NCBI GenBank assembly: GCA_031316235.1
Contig: JALDRA010000001.1
Location: 2,640,001-2,672,000, forward strand
Length of the DNA: 32,000 nucleotides
Direction of reading: 5' to 3'
From: Candidatus Scalindua sp.
GTDB lineage: Bacteria; Planctomycetota; Brocadiia; Brocadiales; Scalinduaceae
Translations under genes and position numbers: made by a program
Shown here: in pieces, positions 25,043-32,000 of the stretch
Position numbering within the stretch: the first letter of the stretch is position 1
Layout: each line of letters starts with the position of its first letter
The notes under the pieces: model-generated
What the model was told of the DNA's origin: nothing
What the model saw: only the letters and a program-made list of their open reading frames with translations
Database searches by the model: none

Positions 25043-26097
25043 TAGATGATGAGCATGCAGTCACCATAACTATAGAATCGATAGCCCTGCTCTATAGCGC
25101 TTTCGTAGGCATTGCGGATAGTCTCATTTCCGGCAAATGCGGAAACCAGGAGCAATAAAGATGTTCTCTGTAGATGAAAGTTTGTGAGCAGCGAATCCGT
25201 AATCTTGAAATTGTACGGGGGGTAGATAAAAAGGTCTGTCCACCCTGAACCCTCTTTTAACCTGCCGTTTTGTGCTACCGTTTCAAGAACTCTGCATGCT
25301 GTGGTGCCTGTAGCAAAGATTTTTTTCCCCAGCGATTTGGCCTTGAGAATGGCGTCGATGGTCTGCCGGGAGATGTAATAGTTTTCTTTGTGCATGGTGT
25401 GCCGGGTGAAGTCCTCTTCCTTTATGGTTTTAAATGTTCCCAATCCCACATGGAGGGTTACATAAACAAGGGTTATTTTTTTTTCTGTAATTTTGCCTAA
25501 AAGTTCTTCTGAAAAGTGAAGACCGGCAGTGGGTGCAGCGATTGCTCCCACGTTTTTCGCATAAACCGTCTGATAGCGTGTTTCGTCCAGTGCTGTCAAT
25601 TCTTTATTCTCCCGGCTTCTCTTTATGTAGGGAGGCAGCGGCATCATGCCGCCATTCACCAGGGCATCTGCAAATTCCTCTTCATTGCTGAATTCAACAT
25701 TCCAGCTGCCGCTCTCGTTTTTACACAAAACTTTCCCCTCTGCGGAATTATCATGAAAATATATTGAATCATTTTCCTTCAGCTTTCTGTTGGATTTCAA
25801 GAGGGTCTCCCAGACGTTATCTTTGACCTTTTGTATCAGAAGGAGTTCAACCCTGCCTCCGGTTCTTTTCGATCCTGTTATTTTTGCGTGAAATACTTTT
25901 GTATCATTGAGCACCAGTACATCTCCGCAATGGAGGTACTCTATAATTTCAAAAAATTTTTTGTGTTCAATACTGGCATCTTTCCTGTGAAGGACCAGTA
26001 AACGGGATTCTTCTCTTCTGGATAGTGGACGCTGGGCAATTAACTGCTTCGGAACCACGTAGTCGTAATCTGAAATCTTAGAAAAATTCTGCTTCAT
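25042..26097 (-). CDS. queA: S-adenosylmethionine:tRNA ribosyltransferase-isomerase
   Basis: MKQNFSKISDYDYVVPKQLIAQRPLSRREESRLLVL...GDVLVLNDTKVF is the QueA N-terminus. I place the start at ATG 26097. The track's 54-aa upstream extension is hydrophobic junk that covers the mraZ promoter region. Confidence 0.9.
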   Translation of the reverse strand: MKQNFSKISDYDYVVPKQLIAQRPLSRREESRLLVLHRKDASIEHKKFFEIIEYLHCGDVLVLNDTKVFHAKITGSKRTGGRVELLLIQKVKDNVWETLLKSNRKLKENDSIYFHDNSAEGKVLCKNESGSWNVEFSNEEEFADALVNGGMMPLPPYIKRSRENKELTALDETRYQTVYAKNVGAIAAPTAGLHFSEELLGKITEKKITLVYVTLHVGLGTFKTIKEEDFTRHTMHKENYYISRQTIDAILKAKSLGKKIFATGTTACRVLETVAQNGRLKEGSGWTDLFIYPPYNFKITDSLLTNFHLQRTSLLLLVSAFAGNETIRNAYESAIEQGYRFYSYGDCMLII

Positions 26098-26252
26098 TCT
26101 GTTAACCTGAGCTTTCCCTTTTAAAAAAAACGTTAAAAAATTTTTTTCCATACCACTACAACATGTAGGTACCCTTTTTTTAAGGGTCATTAAATATAGC
26201 AATAGGGAGGAAAATATCAACCATAACCGCAAAAAAATCTTGTAAAAAAGGC

Positions 26253-26280
26253 TTGACAAAGCCAGAAAAAGGTGTATTTT
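26253..26280 (+). promoter_or_regulatory. Candidate dcw/mraZ promoter (TTGACA-N16-TATTTT)
   Basis: TTGACA is at 26253-26258 and TATTTT at 26275-26280, immediately upstream of the TGGKN repeats. This is pattern match only. Confidence 0.45.
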
Positions 26281-26290
26281 CCAGCTGAGA

Positions 26291-26315
26291 TGGTGAATTT
26301 TGGGTAAAAATGGGG
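26291..26315 (+). promoter_or_regulatory. Putative MraZ operator: three direct TGGKN repeats at 10-bp spacing
   Basis: TGGTG is at 26291, TGGGT at 26301 and TGGGG at 26311, each separated by a 5-nt A/T spacer. This matches the TGGGN-N5 triple repeat bound by E. coli MraZ between Pmra and mraZ. Confidence 0.55.
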
Positions 26316-26324
26316 AATAAAACC

Positions 26325-26765
26325 ATGTTCACGGGTAAGTATCACCATACAATTGATGATAATAACAGATTAGCTATACCCTCCTCAATACGAAAATGTA
26401 TTGATGAAAAAGTGGAAGGGAAAGGTTTTTATGTTACACCTGGGCTCGACGGTTGCCTTGCCATCTACCCGCCCTTACAATTCGAAGAAGTAGCAGATAA
26501 ATTAAAACAACTCAAATTTACAAATCAAAAGGCACGAATTTTTCAGCGTATTTTTTTTTCAAAGTCAAGTGGCCTTGTTGCCTGCGACAAACAGGGAAGG
26601 ATTATTGTTCCTCAGAATTTAAAAGAACATGCCGGTCTGGTAAAGGAAGTTGTGATTGTTGGTGTCATGGATAAAATCGAAGTATGGGATCTGGAACGAT
26701 GGAATAAATTTGAAGCACAACATGAGGAAAATTTTGAAAAGGATGCGGAGGATCTTTTCCAATAG
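26325..26765 (+). CDS. mraZ: Transcriptional regulator MraZ
   Basis: MFTGKYHHTIDDNNRLAIPSSIRK, with a second SpoVT/AbrB-like repeat (DKQGRIIVPQNLKEHAGL). The start MF-x-G at 26325 is preferred because the track ATG at 26310 overlaps the third operator repeat. Confidence 0.9.
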   Translation: MFTGKYHHTIDDNNRLAIPSSIRKCIDEKVEGKGFYVTPGLDGCLAIYPPLQFEEVADKLKQLKFTNQKARIFQRIFFSKSSGLVACDKQGRIIVPQNLKEHAGLVKEVVIVGVMDKIEVWDLERWNKFEAQHEENFEKDAEDLFQ

Positions 26766-26810
26766 GCTTATATCCGGTAAAATCGGGATTAGATCACTCC
26801 ACTATCTATC

Positions 26811-27761
26811 ATGCTCTTAATAGACAAAGACACTATTCAGAATGAATGTATTGAGGAAGAACGGTTGCCGCACATTCCGGTAATGCTTGATGAGGTGATG
26901 AGTTTTCTGAAACCTGGTAAAGGCGACATAATCGTTGATACAACAATTGGTGCGGGAGGGCATGGCAGAGAGATATTAACGTGCATAGGGGATGAGGGCC
27001 TTTTGATAGGGATAGATAAAGATGCTGAAATTTTGAAAATAGCAAGGCCGCATTTATTGGAGAGAGGGAATTCTTTCAAGCTGTATCATGGAGATTATTC
27101 GGATTTGGGTTATATATTGAATGAGTTGAAGATTCAGAAGGTTAAGGGTATTCTTCTTGACGCCGGGGTTTCATCCTACCAGTTAGATCTCGGGGAACGC
27201 GGTTTCAGCTTCCGTAAAGAAGCGCCTCTCGACATGAGAATGGACAGATCCAGGGGGGAGACAGCGAGTGAATTATTGCAAAGGTTTTCAGAAAAAGAGA
27301 TGGTAGAGGTGTTTTGGAGGTACGGTGAGGAGCGGCAGTCGAGAAGGATTGCCAAGGAAATAGTAAAAGAGAGAAAGGCTAACGGGCCGATAAAGACGAC
27401 TACTCAGTTGGCCAGGATTATTGAAAAGGCCGTATATCCTTCCGGAAAATATCAACAGAGAGGTAAGATTCATGTTGCGACAAAGGTATTTCAGGCGTTG
27501 CGTATTGTCGTAAATGATGAGTTGAAAAGCCTTGAGTTCTTCCTGAATCATGCCCATGATTTTCTTGAAACCGGTTCAAGGATCGTTGCTGTTTCGTTTC
27601 ATTCACTTGAGGACCGTCTTGTGAAAAGTGCCTTTCGTAAAGGCGAGAGTTCCGCAACGTTAAAGATTTTAACGAAAAAACCATTGCTGCCGACTGATGC
27701 GGAGATAAAAGAAAATGCAAGATCCCGGAGTGCGAAACTCCGGGCAGCTGAGAGAGTGTAA
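26811..27761 (+). CDS. rsmH: 16S rRNA (cytosine1402-N4)-methyltransferase
   Basis: It has HIPVMLDEV, DTTIGAGGHGREIL, LLDAGVSSYQLD, SFHSLEDRLVK and NARSRSAKLR. Confidence 0.95.
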   Translation: MLLIDKDTIQNECIEEERLPHIPVMLDEVMSFLKPGKGDIIVDTTIGAGGHGREILTCIGDEGLLIGIDKDAEILKIARPHLLERGNSFKLYHGDYSDLGYILNELKIQKVKGILLDAGVSSYQLDLGERGFSFRKEAPLDMRMDRSRGETASELLQRFSEKEMVEVFWRYGEERQSRRIAKEIVKERKANGPIKTTTQLARIIEKAVYPSGKYQQRGKIHVATKVFQALRIVVNDELKSLEFFLNHAHDFLETGSRIVAVSFHSLEDRLVKSAFRKGESSATLKILTKKPLLPTDAEIKENARSRSAKLRAAERV

Positions 27762-27848
27762 TGTGTGGGAAATCTCTGTTTACCGAAAAGTAGAAATTTG
27801 TAAACTGCCCGATGGAACTATCTGTTCGGGTCGAAAGGGTTATGCCAT

Positions 27849-28163
27849 ATGAAAGCGTGGAGGTACCTATGTATACTGAGTATTGTATTGATCATGACGA
27901 TTTTCACCATTGCTGAGGGTACAAGAACGATAAAGATTGGGTACAAAACCGCTGAGATGGAAAAGAAATTAAAAGATCTGGTAGAAGAAAATAAAAACCT
28001 GGAATACAAATTAAACCAGTCGAAGACGTTTGAGACGATATCTCAGAGAGTTGAAGAGCTGAAGCTTGGCCTGGTGATAACAAATGACAGGGGCTACATT
28101 ATCCTTGTCAATAAAGTTTATGAAAAGGGCAGGAAAAGACCGTATGGTAAGGTAGGCGCTTAA
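27849..28163 (+). CDS. ftsL: FtsL-like cell-division protein (N-terminal TM plus coiled coil)
   Basis: It occupies the position between rsmH and ftsI. It has a TM helix (LCILSIVLIMTIFTI) followed by a heptad-like segment (EMEKKLKDLVEENKNLEYKL). There is no sequence-specific motif, so the call rests on position and architecture. Confidence 0.6.
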   Translation: MKAWRYLCILSIVLIMTIFTIAEGTRTIKIGYKTAEMEKKLKDLVEENKNLEYKLNQSKTFETISQRVEELKLGLVITNDRGYIILVNKVYEKGRKRPYGKVGA

Positions 28164-28212
28164 CAGGATCAATGGTAAAAGAGGCAATCTGTCTGAGAAA
28201 ATTCAATTGGAA

Positions 28213-29955
28213 ATGAACAGTTTAATAGATAAAAGCGGGCTGCACCGAAATTATCGGATCAAGGTGAACGTTATTCTGTCTGGCATTATTGCCATCTTCG
28301 CTGTACTCTTATATCACCTTGTCTCTATTCAGATACTTGATTATGAGAAATACTCCTCTTTAGCATTGGGACAGCGCTTGAAAAAACAGGAGCTTCCCAC
28401 AAAAAGAGGCCTGATTTTTGACAGAAATGGATTGAAATTGGCAGAAACGATCCGGGTGTCTTCAGTTTCTGCAGTGCCGGAACGAATAAAAGACAAAAAG
28501 AAAACGGCTCAGACCTTATCGAATCTGTTACACCTGAATCAGGAAAATACATTCTACCTGCTCAATAAAAAAAAGGATTTTGTCTGGATAAAAAGGAGAG
28601 TCACAGATAAACAGGCTGAAGAACTCAAGAGACTCGGGATTCAGGGGATAGTGATCGAGGATGAGTATAAGAGAGTATACCCTAACGGGAGTCTCTGTTG
28701 CCATGTGCTGGGCTTTACCGATATAGATCAAAATGGCATAGCGGGTATTGAATATTCACTCAATCATGTACTGACCGGCAGGAAGGGGTATCGGCTGATT
28801 GAAAAGGATGCTCACCAGAGACAATTTTCTATTATTAACCAGGAGACCGTATTTCCCCGGTATGGGAATTCAATTTATTTAACAATTGATAGCGAGATAC
28901 AGTCAATAGTTGAGGAAGAGATCGAAAATGTATGTGTCCAGAATCGGGCAGATTCAGTTACAGCAATTGTAATGGAAACTTCAACAGGTGATATTCTGGC
29001 TATGGCCAATTACCCCTGGTTTGATCCGAATTGCGTGCAGGATTCCGAAGATTCGGAAAGACGGAACAGGGCAATTACGGATAGCTTTGAGCCTGGTTCG
29101 TTAATTAAGCCAATCATAGTCTGCGGTGCATTAGATAGTGGCCTGGTGCAGAAAGATGAGAGATTTTATTGCTATAACGGGAGCTACTGGATTAAACGGA
29201 GGCTGATCAAAGACGAGCATCCCCATGAGTATCTTACCGTATCAGGAATAATCGTTAATTCAAGCAACATTGGAATGGTGCAGTTAGGGATGCTCATGGA
29301 GAAGGAAAGGCTTTATAATCAATTCAGCAATTTTTCTTTTGGCAAAAAAACAGGAATACTCCTCCCGGGTGAAGCAACAGGAATAGTACGGCCTCTGGAC
29401 GTCTGGTCATTTCATTCGGTCGTGTCCGTTTCCTTCGGGTATGAGATTATGACGACTCCATTACAGCTTACGGCTGCGTATAGTTCAATTGCAAACGGAG
29501 GGAGTTTTCTCAAACCGCAGATAATTCACGCAATCAGTGATTTTTCTGGCAAGAAAAAGAAACACAATTCACCGGAACGGATTAAGCGGGTTATCTCGCC
29601 TGAGATAGCAAGAGATGTAATGACTCCTATTCTGGAAGAGGTCGTAATGGAGGGAACCGGGAGCAGGGCAAAACTTTCCGGGTATAAAGTAGCGGGGAAG
29701 ACGGGTACCGCAAAGAAGCTGGAGAGAGTAGATGACCGGTTGGTGTATTCTGATAAGAAATACGTCAGCTCTTTTGTTGGATTTGTACCAGCAGATAATC
29801 CGAAAATCTGCGTCCTGGTTTCAGTAAATGAGCCAAAAAATGGTGACTATTTCGGCGGTGTTGTTGCCGCTCCGGTAGTAAAAAATGTGATGGGAAGAGT
29901 GCTGCCATATATGCGTATAAAACCAAGAAATTCCATACACACGGCACAAAAATAG
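28213..29955 (+). CDS. ftsI: Peptidoglycan D,D-transpeptidase (class B PBP, FtsI/PBP3-like)
   Basis: It has a TM anchor and a PBP dimer domain (RG.IFDRNG), plus the transpeptidase motifs S-x-x-K (SLIK), SSN and KTGT(A). The first ATG is at 28213. The track start is TTG 28207. Confidence 0.9.
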   Translation: MNSLIDKSGLHRNYRIKVNVILSGIIAIFAVLLYHLVSIQILDYEKYSSLALGQRLKKQELPTKRGLIFDRNGLKLAETIRVSSVSAVPERIKDKKKTAQTLSNLLHLNQENTFYLLNKKKDFVWIKRRVTDKQAEELKRLGIQGIVIEDEYKRVYPNGSLCCHVLGFTDIDQNGIAGIEYSLNHVLTGRKGYRLIEKDAHQRQFSIINQETVFPRYGNSIYLTIDSEIQSIVEEEIENVCVQNRADSVTAIVMETSTGDILAMANYPWFDPNCVQDSEDSERRNRAITDSFEPGSLIKPIIVCGALDSGLVQKDERFYCYNGSYWIKRRLIKDEHPHEYLTVSGIIVNSSNIGMVQLGMLMEKERLYNQFSNFSFGKKTGILLPGEATGIVRPLDVWSFHSVVSVSFGYEIMTTPLQLTAAYSSIANGGSFLKPQIIHAISDFSGKKKKHNSPERIKRVISPEIARDVMTPILEEVVMEGTGSRAKLSGYKVAGKTGTAKKLERVDDRLVYSDKKYVSSFVGFVPADNPKICVLVSVNEPKNGDYFGGVVAAPVVKNVMGRVLPYMRIKPRNSIHTAQK

Positions 29956-30039
29956 TTTTGGAGAAGCGTATTGTTACGAAAGGGGGTGATCTATGGTTGA
30001 AAATGCTGGAAGGTAGGTACATTAGTGGGTGATGTACAG

Positions 30040-30081
30040 ATACCCTATACTACCCTTAAAAACGGGGTTAGTATAGGGTAT
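30040..30081. repeat. Near-perfect 16/18-nt inverted repeat between ftsI and the small ORF
   Basis: ataccctatactaccc-ttaaaaac-ggggttagtatagggtat. It has 13 perfect terminal pairs plus a GGG/CCC extension with one bulge. No T-run follows immediately. Confidence 0.55.
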
Positions 30082-30128
30082 CATAGAATAATTTTCAGGA
30101 AAACTAACTCAAAAAGGAGGAGATAACG

Positions 30129-30353
30129 ATGATTAATGAAATGGAAAAACAGAATTCTGTTTCCTGGCATAACCATGCTACTTTTGAAGAAATAGAAAAA
30201 GTAAAAGGGGTAAATGTCATAGAATTTCAAAGATTATCTTCTGAATATGCAGATGATATCCGGCAAATCGACAAATCAAGATCTCCATCCGCCTTTATGG
30301 TGTGCCATAATATAGGTGTTCAGGAATTTGACCTGTCATTAAAAATTTCATAG
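30129..30353 (+). CDS. Hypothetical 74-aa protein inserted in the dcw cluster
   Basis: A strong SD (AAAGGAGGAG) lies 6 nt upstream of the ATG. It is AT-richer than the flanking mur/fts genes. I recognise no family. Confidence 0.55.
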   Translation: MINEMEKQNSVSWHNHATFEEIEKVKGVNVIEFQRLSSEYADDIRQIDKSRSPSAFMVCHNIGVQEFDLSLKIS

Positions 30354-30372
30354 TCAAGAATGTGGAACGCCG

Positions 30373-31845
30373 ATGAAATTAGGCAGATTGATTGAAAATT
30401 TAGATTCAGAAGGGGTGTATAACTTTCAAAATCTTGAAATAGCCGGGCTGACACATGATTCACGTCGGGTGAAACCCGGATATATGTTTGTTGCAATTGA
30501 AGGTCATAAAACAGATGGACACTATTTTATAGAAAAATCACTTGAACAGGGGACGGCAGCTATCGTCAGTGAAAAGATCTACTCCCCTCATACAAGAATA
30601 CCACAAATTATCGTACGTAACTCAAGGAGAGCTCTTTCCCATTTAAGTTGTTGCTTTTACGAAAACCCGTCACAGAAAATCAATGTTACCGGGATAACAG
30701 GGACAAATGGTAAGACGACAACGGCATTTCTTACGAAATCTATCATTGAATCAGAAGGATATGATACGGGTTTAATCGGTACAATCAGCTATCAAATTGG
30801 AAAAAAGAAATTACCGGCACAGGAGACAACACCTGAATCTGTTGAACTCCAGCGGATTATTTCTGAAATGGTTGCCTCAAGACTGAAGTTTGTGGTGATG
30901 GAGGTGTCTTCCCACTCTCTGGTTCAACACCGGGTGGAGGACATAAACTTTAAAGTTGCCGTTTTTACCAATATAAGTCCGGAACATCTTGATTATCACA
31001 AAACAATTACAAATTATATCGAAGCGAAAATAAAGTTATTCCAGGGACTCAAAAGCAGCTCTTTTGCAGTATTAAATGCTGATGATGAACAGAGCGGGTG
31101 CTTCGCAGATAATACCAAAGCTCAAATACTATGGTTTGGAATAGAAAAAAGTGCCGACATAGAAGCGAGAATCTGTCATGAAACGATGGAGACTACTGTT
31201 GTGCAGTTGACATATGCAGGGACGAAAGCAGAAATTTTTATACCCCTCATAGGTCTGCATAATGTGTATAATGTACTTGCCTCGGCCTCGGCAGCAATAG
31301 CGCTGGGATTTGATTTAAAAGCGGTAAAAAAGGGAATTGAAGCCGTGCCGGTAATACCCGGAAGATTAGAGAATGTGCCGTGTAAAAAAGGTTTTACTGT
31401 CTTCATAGATTTTGCCCACACTCCCCATGCGCTTGAGGTAGTCTTGTGTACACTGAAAAAATTGACATCAGGGAGGTTAATTCTTGTTTTTGGTTGCGGC
31501 GGTGACAGGGATAGGAATAAAAGGGCTGAAATGGGAAGAATTGCCGATCTGAACTCGGATATTTTCTGGATAACGAATGATAATCCACGTTCAGAGAATC
31601 CAGAAAAAATAATTGATGATATCCAGGCCGGCATTAGACCGGGAAGGACCTTTCACGTCCAGCAAGATAGACAGCGTGCAATACAGGCTGCAATCTCTGA
31701 AGCAGAAATAAGTGATATTGTGCTGGTTGCTGGAAAAGGTCACGAGAAATGTCAGATATTGAAAGACAGAGTGATACCTTTTGATGATAAGGATGTTATC
31801 AAAACGATCATATCGGGTGATGAATCAGGAAATATTTATGGATAG
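30373..31845 (+). CDS. murE: UDP-N-acetylmuramoyl-L-alanyl-D-glutamate--2,6-diaminopimelate ligase
   Basis: It has GITGTNGKTTT (P-loop), the Mur ligase middle and C-terminal domains, and a DNPR motif (TNDNPRSE) characteristic of mDAP-adding MurE. Confidence 0.95.
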   Translation: MKLGRLIENLDSEGVYNFQNLEIAGLTHDSRRVKPGYMFVAIEGHKTDGHYFIEKSLEQGTAAIVSEKIYSPHTRIPQIIVRNSRRALSHLSCCFYENPSQKINVTGITGTNGKTTTAFLTKSIIESEGYDTGLIGTISYQIGKKKLPAQETTPESVELQRIISEMVASRLKFVVMEVSSHSLVQHRVEDINFKVAVFTNISPEHLDYHKTITNYIEAKIKLFQGLKSSSFAVLNADDEQSGCFADNTKAQILWFGIEKSADIEARICHETMETTVVQLTYAGTKAEIFIPLIGLHNVYNVLASASAAIALGFDLKAVKKGIEAVPVIPGRLENVPCKKGFTVFIDFAHTPHALEVVLCTLKKLTSGRLILVFGCGGDRDRNKRAEMGRIADLNSDIFWITNDNPRSENPEKIIDDIQAGIRPGRTFHVQQDRQRAIQAAISEAEISDIVLVAGKGHEKCQILKDRVIPFDDKDVIKTIISGDESGNIYG

Positions 31846-32000
31846 ATTAGCTCTTGCTGATGTTCTTTCGGCTACAGGGGGGAAATTTCTCAGCGGGAGG
31901 AAACAATCATATGTTACAGGCGTTTCAACGGACACGAGGTCAACAGCAGAGGGTGAGATATTTTTTGCCATAAACGGTGAGAATCATGATGGGCACGCTT
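31838..32000 (+). CDS. murF: UDP-N-acetylmuramoyl-tripeptide--D-alanyl-D-alanine ligase, N-terminal fragment (runs off the window)
   Basis: ATG 31838 overlaps the murE stop. The translation is MDRLALADVLSATGGKFLSG...VSTDTRSTAEGEIFFAINGENHDGHA, a typical MurF N-terminus, and it sits in the canonical position after murE. Confidence 0.8.
   Translation, partial: MDRLALADVLSATGGKFLSGRKQSYVTGVSTDTRSTAEGEIFFAINGENHDGHA

Noticed and set aside
24768-25158. Two small track ORFs (24768-24980 on the minus strand, 24973-25158 on the plus strand).
   Set aside because: Both are translations of the RPT-A palindrome and the flanking 3' ends of real genes (the transposase remnant and queA).
26098-26259. 54-codon N-terminal extension of queA in the track ORF.
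   Set aside because: QueA homologues start at the M...SDYDY..P..LIAQ.P segment (ATG 26097). The extension is hydrophobic, and it overlies the mraZ promoter candidate on the opposite strand.
31176-31634. 152-aa minus-strand ORF inside murE, and similar antisense ORFs in ftsI, rsmH and queA.
   Set aside because: They are antisense to genes with unambiguous catalytic motifs. They are shadow ORFs.

Overview
This is a bacterial chromosomal segment of roughly 40-45% G+C by eye. Gene content and the dense short repeats fit a Planctomycetota or anammox-type genome, but that is a guess only.

Housekeeping blocks:
- A PGK-like gene (3' end off-window), followed by hsp20-dnaJ.
- A TrmH/SpoU methyltransferase, hrpA (1329 aa), and a secreted HExxH (M6-like) metalloprotease.
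- A Lon-N-domain protein and an aldo/keto reductase.
- plsC, a GatB/YqeY-domain protein, a glutaredoxin-like protein, ndk and queA.
- The start of a dcw cluster: mraZ-rsmH-ftsL-ftsI-[small ORF]-murE-murF'.

Accessory island: between ndk and queA lies a ~6.3 kb mosaic island (about 18.76-25.04 kb). It carries:
- an intact ParE/RelE-type TA pair;
- a compositionally foreign single-HKD (PLD-family) nuclease fused to an unrecognised C-terminal domain;
- two mutually near-identical but inactivated copies of a Y1 (HUH) transposase fused to a DnaA-C-like HTH;
- an intact higB with a wrecked higA;
- a DUF4160 remnant and nested miniature repeats.

Repeats: at least three families of short structured repeats recur through the window, and they explain several spurious track ORFs.
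- RPT-A: a ~126-bp palindromic element abutting stop codons.
- RPT-B: a ~160-bp TIR element with a hairpin core.
- RPT-C: an element with a conserved ~45-nt core.

Best candidates for something new:
- the HKD-nuclease/unknown-domain gene in its TA-rich context;
- a possible link between the repeat families and the Y1 transposase;
- a 77-aa Cys-rich ORF with four CDLG/CDLC motifs;
- a PGK-HhH fusion;
- a small gene plus a near-perfect palindrome wedged between ftsI and murE.

All family calls come from motif recognition by eye. No searches were run.
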